64,000 nt of DNA from Pseudolabrys sp. (GTDB lineage Bacteria > Pseudomonadota > Alphaproteobacteria > Rhizobiales > Xanthobacteraceae): the NCBI GenBank assembly GCA_035546455.1, contig DASZXA010000016.1, forward strand, positions 31,806 through 95,805, given 5' to 3'. The translations under genes were made by a program, and so were the position numbers. Below, one piece after another: positions 1-9,447 of the stretch. Below the pieces are notes generated by a model. That model had not been told where the DNA came from. It did no database searches and saw only the letters and a program-made list of their open reading frames with translations. Each line of letters begins with the position of its first letter. Within the stretch, counting starts at the first letter, position 1.

Positions 1-261
1 GAGTATGTAGCGCTGTCCTTGCGAAGGAAGGCGGGATTCGATCCCAATCAGCCGCGTGTGCCGGCCGGTGACGCTACTGGCGGTCGATGGACAAGCGAAG
101 GTGGGACACCGTCTTTCTCGGAGATTTTCACTCAGGCGGCGAGACTTGGAATAAATGGACCTGGTGATTACAACAGGTGTCTGGATTTCTGCAGTTCTCT
201 TTTAGAACGGTTTCAGCGGCCAGGTAGCGATCGCAATCAGTGGGATTTTTCCGATGCATGA
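1..261 (+). CDS. 3' end of a DPNQPRVPAG-motif protein (polymorphic-toxin-like); 5' truncated by the window edge, probably frameshifted near its end
   Basis: Frame 1 is open from base 1 (EYVALSLRRKAGFDPNQPRVPAGDATGGRWT). The motif is typical of alphaproteobacterial proteins with variable C-termini. One extra base in the T-run at 246-250 would give ...WDFFRCMNACMGR* ending at 281. Confidence 0.55.
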   Translation, partial: EYVALSLRRKAGFDPNQPRVPAGDATGGRWTSEGGTPSFSEIFTQAARLGINGPGDYNRCLDFCSSLLERFQRPGSDRNQWDFSDA

Positions 262-294
262 ACGCGTGCATGGGACGTTGAGAAAGACCGTCAG

Positions 295-537
295 ATGACC
301 GAGGACCACGAATGGCAAATTGTCCGATCGACGTTTCGTTGCGGAGGAGAGCTTCAATCCTTATTGAAGTATCTGAAAGAGAACTGTAACGAGCTAGAAT
401 ATCGACATTATTCCCTCGGCATTGCTGCGGCCATTGACGCGCTCCATACGCAGCTTACAACCAGGGTATTGAAGGCTCGTCCGGATTTTCGAGACCGGAT
501 TGACCGTGAACTCGCGAAGTACGGTCGTATTCAATAA
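295..537 (+). CDS. small hypothetical protein, candidate immunity protein
   Basis: 80-aa ATG ORF immediately downstream of the DPNQPR ORF, visibly more AT-rich than flanking genes, helical and charged. Confidence 0.55.
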   Translation: MTEDHEWQIVRSTFRCGGELQSLLKYLKENCNELEYRHYSLGIAAAIDALHTQLTTRVLKARPDFRDRIDRELAKYGRIQ

Positions 538-598
538 GCTTTGTGTTTGAAAGCTTCACACGCCACACTCTCCGGATTGTCGTCGGAGATCCCGCCTT

Positions 599-1279
599 AT
601 GCGTGTCACTGAGGCCGTCGCGTCCCGGTATTCCTGCCGGGCGTTCCTTCCCACACCTGTCCCCGAAAAAACCATTCGCGAGATCGTCGAACTGGCGGCC
701 CGCGCGCCGTCGGCCGGCAACGTGCAGCCGTGGCGCATCTATGCGCTCGCCGGCGAGCCGCTTGAAGCGCTCAAGGCATTGCTCGCACCGCGCATGGCAA
801 CCGAGCTGCCGAAAGGCGAGGGCGTCGACTACCCGATCTTTCCGCATCCGCTGAGTGAGCCCTACAACGCGCGCCGTTTCGGGGTAGGTGAACTCCTTTA
901 CAAATCGATCGGTATCCCGCGCGAGGACAAGGCGGCGCGCTACCGCCAATATGCGCGCAACTATCTTTTCTTCGGCGCGCCGGTCGCGCTGTTCTTTGCG
1001 CGCGAGAAAGCGCATGGCCCTGCCCAATGGGCCGACATCGGCGGCTACCTGCAAACGGTTTGCCTGCTGGCGCGCGACTACGGTCTTCACACTTGCCCGC
1101 AACAGGCCTGGGTGTCCTTCCACAAGACCGTCCGTTCCTTCCTCAATCTCCCCGACAACTTGATGGTTTATTCCGGAATGGCCCTTGGCCATGCCGATGA
1201 GGCCGCACCGATCAACCAGTGGCGCTCGCCGCGCGAACCGGTCGATGGTTTTGCGACCTTTTCCGGCTTCACGAATTAA
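599..1279 (+). CDS. nitroreductase family protein
   Basis: SRYSCRAF N-terminal motif, RAPSAGNVQPW, GLHTCPQ, MALGHAD. Confidence 0.92.
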   Translation: MRVTEAVASRYSCRAFLPTPVPEKTIREIVELAARAPSAGNVQPWRIYALAGEPLEALKALLAPRMATELPKGEGVDYPIFPHPLSEPYNARRFGVGELLYKSIGIPREDKAARYRQYARNYLFFGAPVALFFAREKAHGPAQWADIGGYLQTVCLLARDYGLHTCPQQAWVSFHKTVRSFLNLPDNLMVYSGMALGHADEAAPINQWRSPREPVDGFATFSGFTN

Positions 1280-1304
1280 TCAGCAAAAGTCGACGGTTAG
1301 GGCC

Positions 1305-1320
1305 ATTCAGGCGATATTCA
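1305..1320 (+). promoter_or_regulatory. ATTCA-N6-ATTCA direct repeat (11-bp period), candidate OmpR-family (FeuP) site
   Basis: attcag gcgat attcac upstream of the PepSY-feuP-feuQ operon. Confidence 0.35.
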
Positions 1321-1343
1321 CCGCGAGATCGATAAGAGGCCGC

Positions 1344-1715
1344 ATGCGCCGGGGTTGCATTTTTGCCATCGCGATTGCGCTCAGCCTGTTGGCTGGGCCG
1401 GCGGCGTTCGGCCAAGGCAACGAGAACATGCGCACCGACGCGCCCGAGCCGCAGGCCTCGGTCCCGCCCGATGCAAATGAGCCGGAGTGTCTCAACCGGC
1501 AAGAGCAGCGCATGGCGGTGCGCCAAGGCGCCGCCATCCGGCTCGGCGTCGCGTTGCGCTCGATCTCGGCGCAAGACGGTGACGAGTTGCTGCGCGCGCA
1601 ACTGTGCCGGCACGACCGCAAGCTCGTCTATGTTCTGACATTATTGACGCGCACTGGAAAAGTGAGTCGCGCGATCGTCGACGCTCGCTCCGGCGACGTC
1701 GTGAAAGATCGATGA
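1344..1715 (+). CDS. secreted PepSY-domain protein (FeuN-like position)
   Basis: Signal peptide, then LVYVLTLLTRTGKVSRAIVDARSG PepSY-like C-terminus; lies directly before the RR/HK pair. Confidence 0.75.
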   Translation: MRRGCIFAIAIALSLLAGPAAFGQGNENMRTDAPEPQASVPPDANEPECLNRQEQRMAVRQGAAIRLGVALRSISAQDGDELLRAQLCRHDRKLVYVLTLLTRTGKVSRAIVDARSGDVVKDR

Positions 1716-1725
1716 GGGGGCAATC

Positions 1726-2409
1726 TTGCGGCTGCTTGTCGTTGAAGACGATCCGGACCTGAACCGCCAGCTCACCAGCGCGCTGACGGACGCCGGCTAT
1801 GCCGTCGACCGGGCGTTCGACGGCGAGGAAGGCCATTACCTCGGCGAGAGCGAGCCGTACGACGCCATCATCCTCGATATCGGCCTGCCGAAGATGGACG
1901 GCATCTCGGTGCTGGAATCCTGGCGCCGCGGCGGACGCATGATGCCGGTGCTGATCCTGACCGCGCGCGATCGCTGGAGCGACAAGGTGCACGGCTTCGA
2001 CGCCGGCGCCGACGACTATGTCGCCAAGCCGTTCCATCTCGAGGAAGTGCTGGCGCGGGTGCGCGCGCTGCTGCGCCGTTCGGTCGGCCACGCCAAGAGC
2101 GAGTTTACCTGCGGCCCGGTAAGGCTGGATACCCGCAGCGGGCGCGTAGCGGTCGACGGCAATCCGGTCAAGCTGACCAGCCACGAATACCGGCTGCTGT
2201 CCTATCTGATGCATCATGCCGGCCGCGTGGTGTCGCGCAGCGAGCTGGTCGAGCATCTCTACGACCAGGATTTCGATCGCGACAGCAATACGATCGAGGT
2301 TTTCGTCGGCCGCATCCGCAAGAAGCTCGGCGTCGACATCATCCAGACCGTGCGGGGGCTCGGCTATCTGCTGAACGCGCCGAACGGGCCATCGAATACC
2401 CAAGCCTGA
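1726..2409 (+). CDS. feuP: OmpR-family response regulator, FeuP-like
   Basis: LLVVEDD, ILDIGLP, GADDYVAKPF, winged-helix C-terminus; the position upstream of ccmIEFH (cycHJKL) matches rhizobial feuPQ. Confidence 0.85.
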   Translation: MRLLVVEDDPDLNRQLTSALTDAGYAVDRAFDGEEGHYLGESEPYDAIILDIGLPKMDGISVLESWRRGGRMMPVLILTARDRWSDKVHGFDAGADDYVAKPFHLEEVLARVRALLRRSVGHAKSEFTCGPVRLDTRSGRVAVDGNPVKLTSHEYRLLSYLMHHAGRVVSRSELVEHLYDQDFDRDSNTIEVFVGRIRKKLGVDIIQTVRGLGYLLNAPNGPSNTQA

Positions 2410-3776
2410 TGCGCGCAAATTCCCTCGCGCTGCGTCTGTTCCTGACGGCGACCGCCACCACCGTCATTATTCTCGTCATCACCAGCATCATCCTGTCGTC
2501 GCTGTACCGTTCGGCGATCGAGCGCGCGTTCGACCGCCGCCTCGGCGTCTACCTGCGGGTGCTGGTGGCCGATCTGGCGACGCCGGAAGAAACGCCGGGC
2601 GAGGGTCTCGGCCAGAGCCTCGGCGAACCGCTGTTCGAGCTGCCGTTGTCGGGCTGGTACTGGCAGGTGACGCGGCTCGACAAGACGGACATCCGGTCGT
2701 CGCATTCGTTGTGGGACGGCGGCCTGCCGCACCTGGAGGACCTGGGGGTCAAAGCCGATGTAACGGGTGCGCGCCAGGGCTATGTCGAAGGGCCGGAACA
2801 GCAGCGGCTGCGCGTTGTCGAGCGTGTCATCGATGTCAGCCCGGCCGGACGGTATCTGGTTGCAGTGGCGGGTGACTTTACTGAAATCGCCGAAGAACAA
2901 TGGGCCTTCGACAAGGCGCTGATGCTGACCTTCTCGATCCTGGCTGTCGTGCTGCTGCTCACGACGATGTTTCAGGTGTTGTTCGGCCTGGCGCCGTTGA
3001 AAAGGATTTCCGAGAGCCTGCATGCAATCCGGTCCGGCCGGGCCGAGAAGCTCGCCGGCTCATTCCCGGACGAGATTGCGCCGCTGGCACGCGAGACAAA
3101 TGCGCTGATCGAAGCCAACAAGGAAATTGTCGAGCGTGCCCGCACGCATGTCGGCAATCTCGCGCACGCGCTGAAAACGCCGTTGTCGGTGATGGTCAAT
3201 GAAGCCAGCGCGCGCAAGGACGATGCGTTGGCCGGCAAGGTGCTCGAGCAGGCGGACATCATGCGCGATCAGGTCACGCGGCATCTCGAGCGCGCGCGGC
3301 TTGCGGCGCGCTCGACAGTGCTTGGAACGATCACCGATGTCGCGTCGGTCGCTCATGCATTGGCGCGCACGATGGAGAAAATTCATCACGATCGCGCCGT
3401 CAGCATCGATGTTCATGTGGAAGATGGATTGCAGTTCAACGGCGAGCGGCCGGACCTCGAGGAGATGCTGGGCAACCTGGTCGATAACGCCTGCAAATGG
3501 GCGCGCACGCGCGTGACGCTCGACGCGAAGGCAGGGCCGGATTCCGCCCCGACGCTGCGGATCGTCGTCGATGACGACGGGCCGGGCCTGTCAGTTGCGG
3601 ATCGCGAGGCGGCCGGCAAACGCGGGCAACGGCTCGACGAAACAAAGCCCGGCTCGGGTCTCGGCCTTTCGATCGTGACGGAGCTCGCCACTCTTTACGG
3701 CGGCACGCTGAAGCTTGGCGAAGCGCCGGCCGGCGGGTTGCGCGCCGAACTAATGCTGCCCGCCGCAGTTACATGA
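2409..3776 (+). CDS. feuQ: sensor histidine kinase, FeuQ-like
   Basis: Two TM segments, HAMP, H-box NLAHALKTPL, GNLVDNACKW, DDDGPG, GSGLGL. Confidence 0.85.
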   Translation: MRANSLALRLFLTATATTVIILVITSIILSSLYRSAIERAFDRRLGVYLRVLVADLATPEETPGEGLGQSLGEPLFELPLSGWYWQVTRLDKTDIRSSHSLWDGGLPHLEDLGVKADVTGARQGYVEGPEQQRLRVVERVIDVSPAGRYLVAVAGDFTEIAEEQWAFDKALMLTFSILAVVLLLTTMFQVLFGLAPLKRISESLHAIRSGRAEKLAGSFPDEIAPLARETNALIEANKEIVERARTHVGNLAHALKTPLSVMVNEASARKDDALAGKVLEQADIMRDQVTRHLERARLAARSTVLGTITDVASVAHALARTMEKIHHDRAVSIDVHVEDGLQFNGERPDLEEMLGNLVDNACKWARTRVTLDAKAGPDSAPTLRIVVDDDGPGLSVADREAAGKRGQRLDETKPGSGLGLSIVTELATLYGGTLKLGEAPAGGLRAELMLPAAVT

Positions 3777-3853
3777 GGAGCCAGAGTTTTGCCCGATTTC
3801 TCCGGTTTGGCTAACCTTTCAATTCGACCCGCCTTCAATCAAAGGGAGCATCC

Positions 3854-4357
3854 ATGACCATTCGCAGGGGCGCATTGTGCGCGATGTTCGGTGTTGTGCT
3901 GATCGGCTCGCTCGCAGGATGCGCGGGTGATCCGACCGGGGAATATGGACCGGGACCGAAGGAGAATACCGGTACGCTGCTCGGTGCATTGGGAGGAGCC
4001 GTGATCGGCTCTCAATTTGGCGGCGGCGCCGGCGGCCATGTCGCGGGCGCGGTGATTGGCGCCGCTGCGGGCGGCCTGATTGGTAACCGGATCGGCGCTT
4101 CGCTCGACGAGGAAGACCGCCGGCGGGCCTATGCGGCGGAAGTCCAGGCACTCGAAGGCGGCGCGGCTGGCGCGCCGGTCGGCTGGCGCAGCGAACGGAG
4201 CGGCCGTTACGGCTCGGTGGTGCCGGGACCGTATTACGTCGACAACGGCCGCCGCTGCCGCGCCTTTACCGAAACGATCTATATCGACGGGCGGCCGCAG
4301 ACGGCGCGCGGCACAGCCTGCCGTAACCCCGACGGGACCTGGACGCCGGTCGGCTAG
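3854..4357 (+). CDS. glycine-zipper lipoprotein (17-kDa surface antigen / RT0821-Lpp0805 family)
   Basis: Lipobox LAGC, GALGGAVIGSQFGGG zipper, C-terminal CRAF...GTACRNPDGTW. Confidence 0.88.
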   Translation: MTIRRGALCAMFGVVLIGSLAGCAGDPTGEYGPGPKENTGTLLGALGGAVIGSQFGGGAGGHVAGAVIGAAAGGLIGNRIGASLDEEDRRRAYAAEVQALEGGAAGAPVGWRSERSGRYGSVVPGPYYVDNGRRCRAFTETIYIDGRPQTARGTACRNPDGTWTPVG

Positions 4358-4371
4358 GGCGCGCTCTATCC

Positions 4372-4387
4372 TTAACGAATTCTTAGC
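4372..4387 (+). promoter_or_regulatory. CtrA-like box TTAA-N7-TTAGC
   Basis: ttaa cgaattc ttagc, one mismatch to TTAA-N7-TTAAC, about 45 bp before the 4432 start. Confidence 0.45.
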
Positions 4388-4431
4388 GCCCGCGGCGCTA
4401 CCACGGTCTTTGGGCTAACGGGATAAAGGCC

Positions 4432-5817
4432 ATGGCGACTCGCGCCGCGACCGTTGATCGGCTGCGCGATTTTTTGCGTGAGCTTCCGGCGAATTCGCGA
4501 TCGACCCTGATCGTCGAGCTCGAACGCAAGATATTGGCCGGCGAAGCCATCGACGGCGCCGAACTCATCCTGACCGAATTGCGCCGGCTGTTTCGCGAGT
4601 CGCGGCAGACGATGCCGCGTCACGGCAACGCGGCGCGGCTGTTCTACAAGCCGCTCGAACCGTTCATGGTCGACGACAATGCGGAGCGGCGGCATCCCGG
4701 CCGCATCTCGCGCACCGTGCTCGACGCATTGTGGAGCTGGATTCGCCGCGACCTGCTGCCCGATCAGGCGGAGAAGTTCACCAGCACGATCGGCGAATTG
4801 CTGCTCACCAACGATACAACACGCGCGGATTTTCTGACACGCGAATTCCAGGATCAGGTTGCCGCCGCGCTTGCGCCTGCGTTTGCCGGCAATGACGATC
4901 GCGAACGGCGGCGGCTGCTGTCGCAGATCGGCACGCAGCGCCCGCAGGACGATGCCCTCAATCTCATGCGCGTGCTCAAGCTGCGCGATCCGCTCGCGAT
5001 GTTTGCCGACCATCTGCCCGGATATATCGCCAATCTTTCCGATCAGCGTCTGACGGAAACGCAGAGCTTGATCGCGGCGGCGGCCGGTCGCGCTCCCGAA
5101 ATCGTGCCTTATGCGCTGGTGATGGTGATGCGGCGTCTCGCGGCGCCGTGGCAAATGATCCGCCTGGTGCCGAAGGGGGCCCGGTTGCCGCCCGGTGAGG
5201 CGGAGATGGCCGTCGACATGGTAGTCGCGGAACTGGCGCGGCTCACCGACGAGCTGCAGGTCGATCTGCGCGGCGGCGGCGTGGCGACCGTCGGTCTGCT
5301 CCAGCAAATCCACGACGCGGCGCGTGGCCTGCGCACCGAACTCGAGCCGACTCCTGAACGCGCCAAGGAACTTGCGGTGCTGCGGACGCAAATCTCGAAC
5401 ATGCTGAAGACGCAAATCGAGTCGATGCCGGGACGCGTGCGCCGCCTGTTGCGCCCGCGGCCGACTTCCGAAATTCGCGCCAACTCGACGCTCAGCGCGG
5501 ACGAGGTGGCCGAGTCGGAAGAGCTGATCGGCCTGGTCGCCGCCTGCCGCAATTTCGCCGGTGAGCTGGCGCTCAACGAGGTGACGCAGCGCAGCTTCAC
5601 CGAGTTGCAGCAATTCCTCGATCAGAGCACGGGATCGCTGATCGACGCGCTGCGCCACGCCGGCGACGTCGATCGCGGTTTCCGGCAGTCGCAGGCCGAC
5701 GCCGCCGTGCGCTTTTGCCGCAAGACATTCGGGTCCGATTACGCGGCGATGCTGACCAAAGCCGCCGAGCTGGCGGGCCAGGCCGAGCGCAAAGAAAGCC
5801 AGCCCGCCGGCGCCTGA
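4432..5817 (+). CDS. hypothetical all-alpha-helical protein (461 aa)
   Basis: Long ORF with genome-typical codon usage, co-oriented with neighbours; no motif recognised. Confidence 0.8.
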   Translation: MATRAATVDRLRDFLRELPANSRSTLIVELERKILAGEAIDGAELILTELRRLFRESRQTMPRHGNAARLFYKPLEPFMVDDNAERRHPGRISRTVLDALWSWIRRDLLPDQAEKFTSTIGELLLTNDTTRADFLTREFQDQVAAALAPAFAGNDDRERRRLLSQIGTQRPQDDALNLMRVLKLRDPLAMFADHLPGYIANLSDQRLTETQSLIAAAAGRAPEIVPYALVMVMRRLAAPWQMIRLVPKGARLPPGEAEMAVDMVVAELARLTDELQVDLRGGGVATVGLLQQIHDAARGLRTELEPTPERAKELAVLRTQISNMLKTQIESMPGRVRRLLRPRPTSEIRANSTLSADEVAESEELIGLVAACRNFAGELALNEVTQRSFTELQQFLDQSTGSLIDALRHAGDVDRGFRQSQADAAVRFCRKTFGSDYAAMLTKAAELAGQAERKESQPAGA

Positions 5818-5835
5818 CGTGATAGATAGCCCGCC

Positions 5836-6960
5836 ATGGCTCTATGGCTGGCTTTTGCTCTGATGACTGCGGCGGCGATCTTCGCCGTGCTGTGGCCGCT
5901 CTCGCGGTCGGGACGCATGCAGTCCGGCAGCGACGCCGAAGTTTATCGCGATCAACTCGACGAAATCGAACGAGATCGGTCGGCCGGCCTGATCGGCGAA
6001 GCGGAAGCCGACGCGGCGCGGATCGAAGTCTCGCGCCGGCTGATCGCGGCGGGCGACGTCCCGCCCGTTACAGCATCCGCCGACCCGACTGCCGGGTTGT
6101 GGCGCCGCCGTACGGCCGCATTGGCGGCGTTGATCCTGGTGCCGTTCGCGGCCGGCACGATCTATCTCATGCACGGCTCTCCTCAACTGCCGGGCGAGCC
6201 GCTCGCCGGCCGTCTCGACGCCAAAGCCGATCACTCCATCGTAGCGATGATTGCCCAGGTCGAACGCCACCTCGAAACCAATCCGAAAGACGCACGCGGC
6301 TGGGAAGTGTTGGCGCCCGTGTACCTGCGGCTCGGGCGGTTTGACGATGCGGTGAAGGCGCGCCGCAATGCCATCGAATATGGCGGTGACAGCGCACAGC
6401 GCGAGGCCGATCTTGGCGAGGCTTTGGTCGCGGCGGCAAATGGCGTCGTCACGGCAGACGCAAAGCAGGCGTTTGACCAGGCGACGGCTCAATCGCCGGA
6501 CGATCCGAAGGCACGCTTCTATCTTGGTCTTGCCGCACAGCAGGATGGCGACACCGATAAAGCCGCGGACATCTGGCAGAAGCTGCTCAAGGACGCGCCG
6601 CCGAACGCGCCTTGGGCCACCGCCGTGCAACAGGCGCTGGCAAGCGCCGGCCGGGCGCCGCCGCCGGGGCAAAAGGCAGCGCCGGGGCCAAACGCGGAGG
6701 ATGTTGCGGCCGCATCAAAAATGAGCGAGGCGGAGCGCGGCGAGATGGTGCGTGGAATGGTGACGCAGCTTGCCGAGCGATTGAAAAACGATGGATCCGA
6801 CGTCGAGGGTTGGCTGCGGCTGGTGCGTGCTTATGTCGTGCTGGGCGAGCGTGATAAAGCCAGCGAAGCGGTCAGCAATGCGCGCCGGGCGCTAGCGAAC
6901 GATGCCGACAAAGTGCGCCGGATCGAAGACTTTGCCAAAAGTGTTGGGCTGAACGGATGA
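5836..6960 (+). CDS. ccmI: cytochrome c maturation protein CcmI (CycH)
   Basis: N-terminal TM, VYRDQLDEIERD, second TM, TPR repeats (GWEVLAPVYLRLGR). Confidence 0.93.
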   Translation: MALWLAFALMTAAAIFAVLWPLSRSGRMQSGSDAEVYRDQLDEIERDRSAGLIGEAEADAARIEVSRRLIAAGDVPPVTASADPTAGLWRRRTAALAALILVPFAAGTIYLMHGSPQLPGEPLAGRLDAKADHSIVAMIAQVERHLETNPKDARGWEVLAPVYLRLGRFDDAVKARRNAIEYGGDSAQREADLGEALVAAANGVVTADAKQAFDQATAQSPDDPKARFYLGLAAQQDGDTDKAADIWQKLLKDAPPNAPWATAVQQALASAGRAPPPGQKAAPGPNAEDVAAASKMSEAERGEMVRGMVTQLAERLKNDGSDVEGWLRLVRAYVVLGERDKASEAVSNARRALANDADKVRRIEDFAKSVGLNG

Positions 6961-7007
6961 GCATGGTCCCGAAAAGTGGACACCGGCTTTCGGGTAAGAT
7001 CATGCTC
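6959..7007. repeat. short palindromic intergenic element (Bru-RS/RIME-like alphaproteobacterial repeat)
   Basis: gagcatggtcccgaaaagtggacaccggctttcgggtaagatcatgctc: outer GAGCATG/CATGCTC and inner CCGAAA/TTTCGG inverted repeats; overlaps the ccmI TGA. Confidence 0.7.
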
Positions 7008-7018
7008 AAAAGAATGAC

Positions 7019-7471
7019 ATGACACGCAAGCAGCGAAGATTGGTATTGATTGGCTCGAGCCTTGCGGTGCTCGCGATCGCGGTCGGCTTGATTCTGAGCG
7101 CGATGCGGCAGTCGATCGTGTTTTTCAATTCGCCGACGGAGGTTGCCGAGCATCAGGCCGCGCCGGGCGCGAGATTGCGCATGGGCGGTCTGGTGAAGGA
7201 TGGCAGCATCAAACGCGAGGCGGGGCTGCATATCAGCTTCGTGGTGACTGACGGAAAATCCGACGTGCCGGTCACCTACGACGGAATTGTTCCGGACCTG
7301 TTTCGCGAAGGGCAGGGCGTCGTCGTCGAAGGCAAGATGACGCAGAACATCTTTACGGCCGACACAGTGCTGGCGAAGCACGATGAGCGGTATATGCCGC
7401 GCGAAGTGGTCGACGCGCTGAAGAAGTCCGGCCGCTGGCAAGAAGGCGAAAATCAGAGTGCGGTGAAATGA
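7019..7471 (+). CDS. ccmE: heme chaperone CcmE (CycJ)
   Basis: [14 protein letters not shown] and LAKHDERY heme-binding motif. Confidence 0.96.
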   Translation: MTRKQRRLVLIGSSLAVLAIAVGLILSAMRQSIVFFNSPTEVAEHQAAPGARLRMGGLVKDGSIKREAGLHISFVVTDGKSDVPVTYDGIVPDLFREGQGVVVEGKMTQNIFTADTVLAKHDERYMPREVVDALKKSGRWQEGENQSAVK

Positions 7472-9447
7472 TTCCCGAACTTGGCCACTACGCGCTGGTG
7501 CTGGCGCTCGCTTTGGCGCTGATCCAATCGGTCGCTCCGGTGATCGGCGCGCGGCGCGGCGATGGCGCGTTAATGCATCTCGCGGATTCGACCGCGGCGA
7601 TGCAGTTCATTTTTGTGGCAGCCGCATTCGGCGCACTGGTGACCTGCTACCTGACGTCGGATTTCTCGGTGGCGGATGTCTATGAGAATTCGCATTCGCG
7701 GATGCCGACGATCTACAAATTCACCAGCACATGGGGCAACCACGAAGGCTCGATGTTGCTGTGGGTGCTGATCCTGTCGCTGTTTGGCGCGCTGGTGGCT
7801 GCGTTCGGCCGTAACTTGCCCGCCACATTGAAAGCGAATGTGCTGGCGGTGCAGGCGTGGGTCGCGACCGCGTTCTATCTATTCATTCTCTTTACATCGA
7901 ACCCGTTTCTGCGGCTTTCGCCGGCGCCGTTCGAAGGCCGCGATCTTAATCCGGTACTTCAAGACATTGGCTTGGCGGTGCATCCGCCGCTGCTTTATCT
8001 CGGCTATGTCGGCTTCTCGATTGCATTTTCGTTCGCAGTTGCTGCGTTGATCGAGGGACGGATCGACGCCGCGTGGGCGCGCTATGTGCGGCCATGGACG
8101 CTCGGCGCGTGGATGGCGCTCACCGTCGGCATCGCGATGGGTTCTTACTGGGCCTATTACGAATTGGGCTGGGGCGGCTTCTGGTTCTGGGATCCGGTCG
8201 AGAATGCGTCGCTGATGCCGTGGCTCGCCGGTACGGCGCTGCTTCATTCCGCCGTGGTGATGGAGAAGCGCAACGCGCTGAAGGTGTGGACCATCCTGCT
8301 GGCGATCCTGACATTCTCCCTATCCCTGATCGGCACGTTCCTGGTGCGCTCGGGGGTTCTCACCTCCGTGCATGCCTTCGCCACCGATCCGACTCGCGGC
8401 ATTTTCATCCTTGCGATTCTGGTGCTGTTCATCGGCGGATCGCTGTCGCTGTTCGCCTGGCGCGCCTCGGTCCTCAAGCAGGGCGGGCTGTTCGCACCGG
8501 TGTCGCGCGAAGGCGCGCTGGTGCTCAACAACCTGTTTCTGACGACGGCGTGCGCGACGGTGTTCGTCGGCACGCTTTATCCATTGGCGCTCGAAGCTTT
8601 GACTGGCGAGAAGATTTCAGTCGGCGCGCCGTTCTTTAACCTCACGTTTGCGCCGCTGTTCGTGCCGCTGATGCTGGCGATGCCGTTCGGGCCCCTGCTG
8701 GCCTGGAAGCGCGGCGATGCGCTGGGCGCCGCGCAACGCCTGATGGCCGCTGCCGGCCTGGCTGTTGTGGGTATTGCCGCCGTCTATGTCGTCGAAACCG
8801 GCGAGTCGCCGCTGGCGCCTTTCGGCGTTGGCCTCGCGCTGTTCGTCATGGGCGGTGCTGTCACCGATCTGGTAGAGCGAACCGGCGCCTTGCGGATGCC
8901 GTTTGCGACCGTGCGTGCCCGGGCCGTCGGGCTGCCGCGCTCCGCGTGGGGGACGATGATCGCGCATTTCGGCATCGGTCTGACGCTGCTGGGTATCGTC
9001 AGCGCAACGCATTGGGCGGCGGAACGTGTTGTCGCGCTCAAGCCGGGCGATGTCACAACGATCCGCCGCTATGAGCTGACGTTCGATGGTTTGGTGCCGC
9101 GGCAGGGGCCGAATTATCACGAGCAAGTGGCGAAGTTCACGGTGCGGCGTAATCGCGAAACGATTGCGACCATGACTCCATCGAAGCGGACGTTCGACGC
9201 GCGCAGCATGACGACGACGGAATCGGCTTTGCTGACGCGCGGCCTGAGCCAGCTTTATATTTCAATCGGAGAGGCGAGCGCGGACGGCTCGGTGGCGGTG
9301 CGCATCTATCATAAGCCGCTGGTGCTGCTGATCTGGCTTGGCGCGGTGGTGATGGCGCTTGGCGGCGCGTTGTCGCTATCGGACCGGCGCCTGCGAGTTG
9401 GCGCGCCGAAGCCTGCCGCAAAAACCGCATTGGCGCCGGCTGAATAA
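7468..9447 (+). CDS. ccmF: heme lyase CcmF (CycK)
   Basis: [34 protein letters not shown]. Confidence 0.97.
   Translation: MIPELGHYALVLALALALIQSVAPVIGARRGDGALMHLADSTAAMQFIFVAAAFGALVTCYLTSDFSVADVYENSHSRMPTIYKFTSTWGNHEGSMLLWVLILSLFGALVAAFGRNLPATLKANVLAVQAWVATAFYLFILFTSNPFLRLSPAPFEGRDLNPVLQDIGLAVHPPLLYLGYVGFSIAFSFAVAALIEGRIDAAWARYVRPWTLGAWMALTVGIAMGSYWAYYELGWGGFWFWDPVENASLMPWLAGTALLHSAVVMEKRNALKVWTILLAILTFSLSLIGTFLVRSGVLTSVHAFATDPTRGIFILAILVLFIGGSLSLFAWRASVLKQGGLFAPVSREGALVLNNLFLTTACATVFVGTLYPLALEALTGEKISVGAPFFNLTFAPLFVPLMLAMPFGPLLAWKRGDALGAAQRLMAAAGLAVVGIAAVYVVETGESPLAPFGVGLALFVMGGAVTDLVERTGALRMPFATVRARAVGLPRSAWGTMIAHFGIGLTLLGIVSATHWAAERVVALKPGDVTTIRRYELTFDGLVPRQGPNYHEQVAKFTVRRNRETIATMTPSKRTFDARSMTTTESALLTRGLSQLYISIGEASADGSVAVRIYHKPLVLLIWLGAVVMALGGALSLSDRRLRVGAPKPAAKTALAPAE

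Noticed and set aside
1714-1725. GGGGGC in the feuP ribosome-binding region as a target of the C-rich RNA loops
   Set aside because: Only six complementary bases, expected by chance in this genome.
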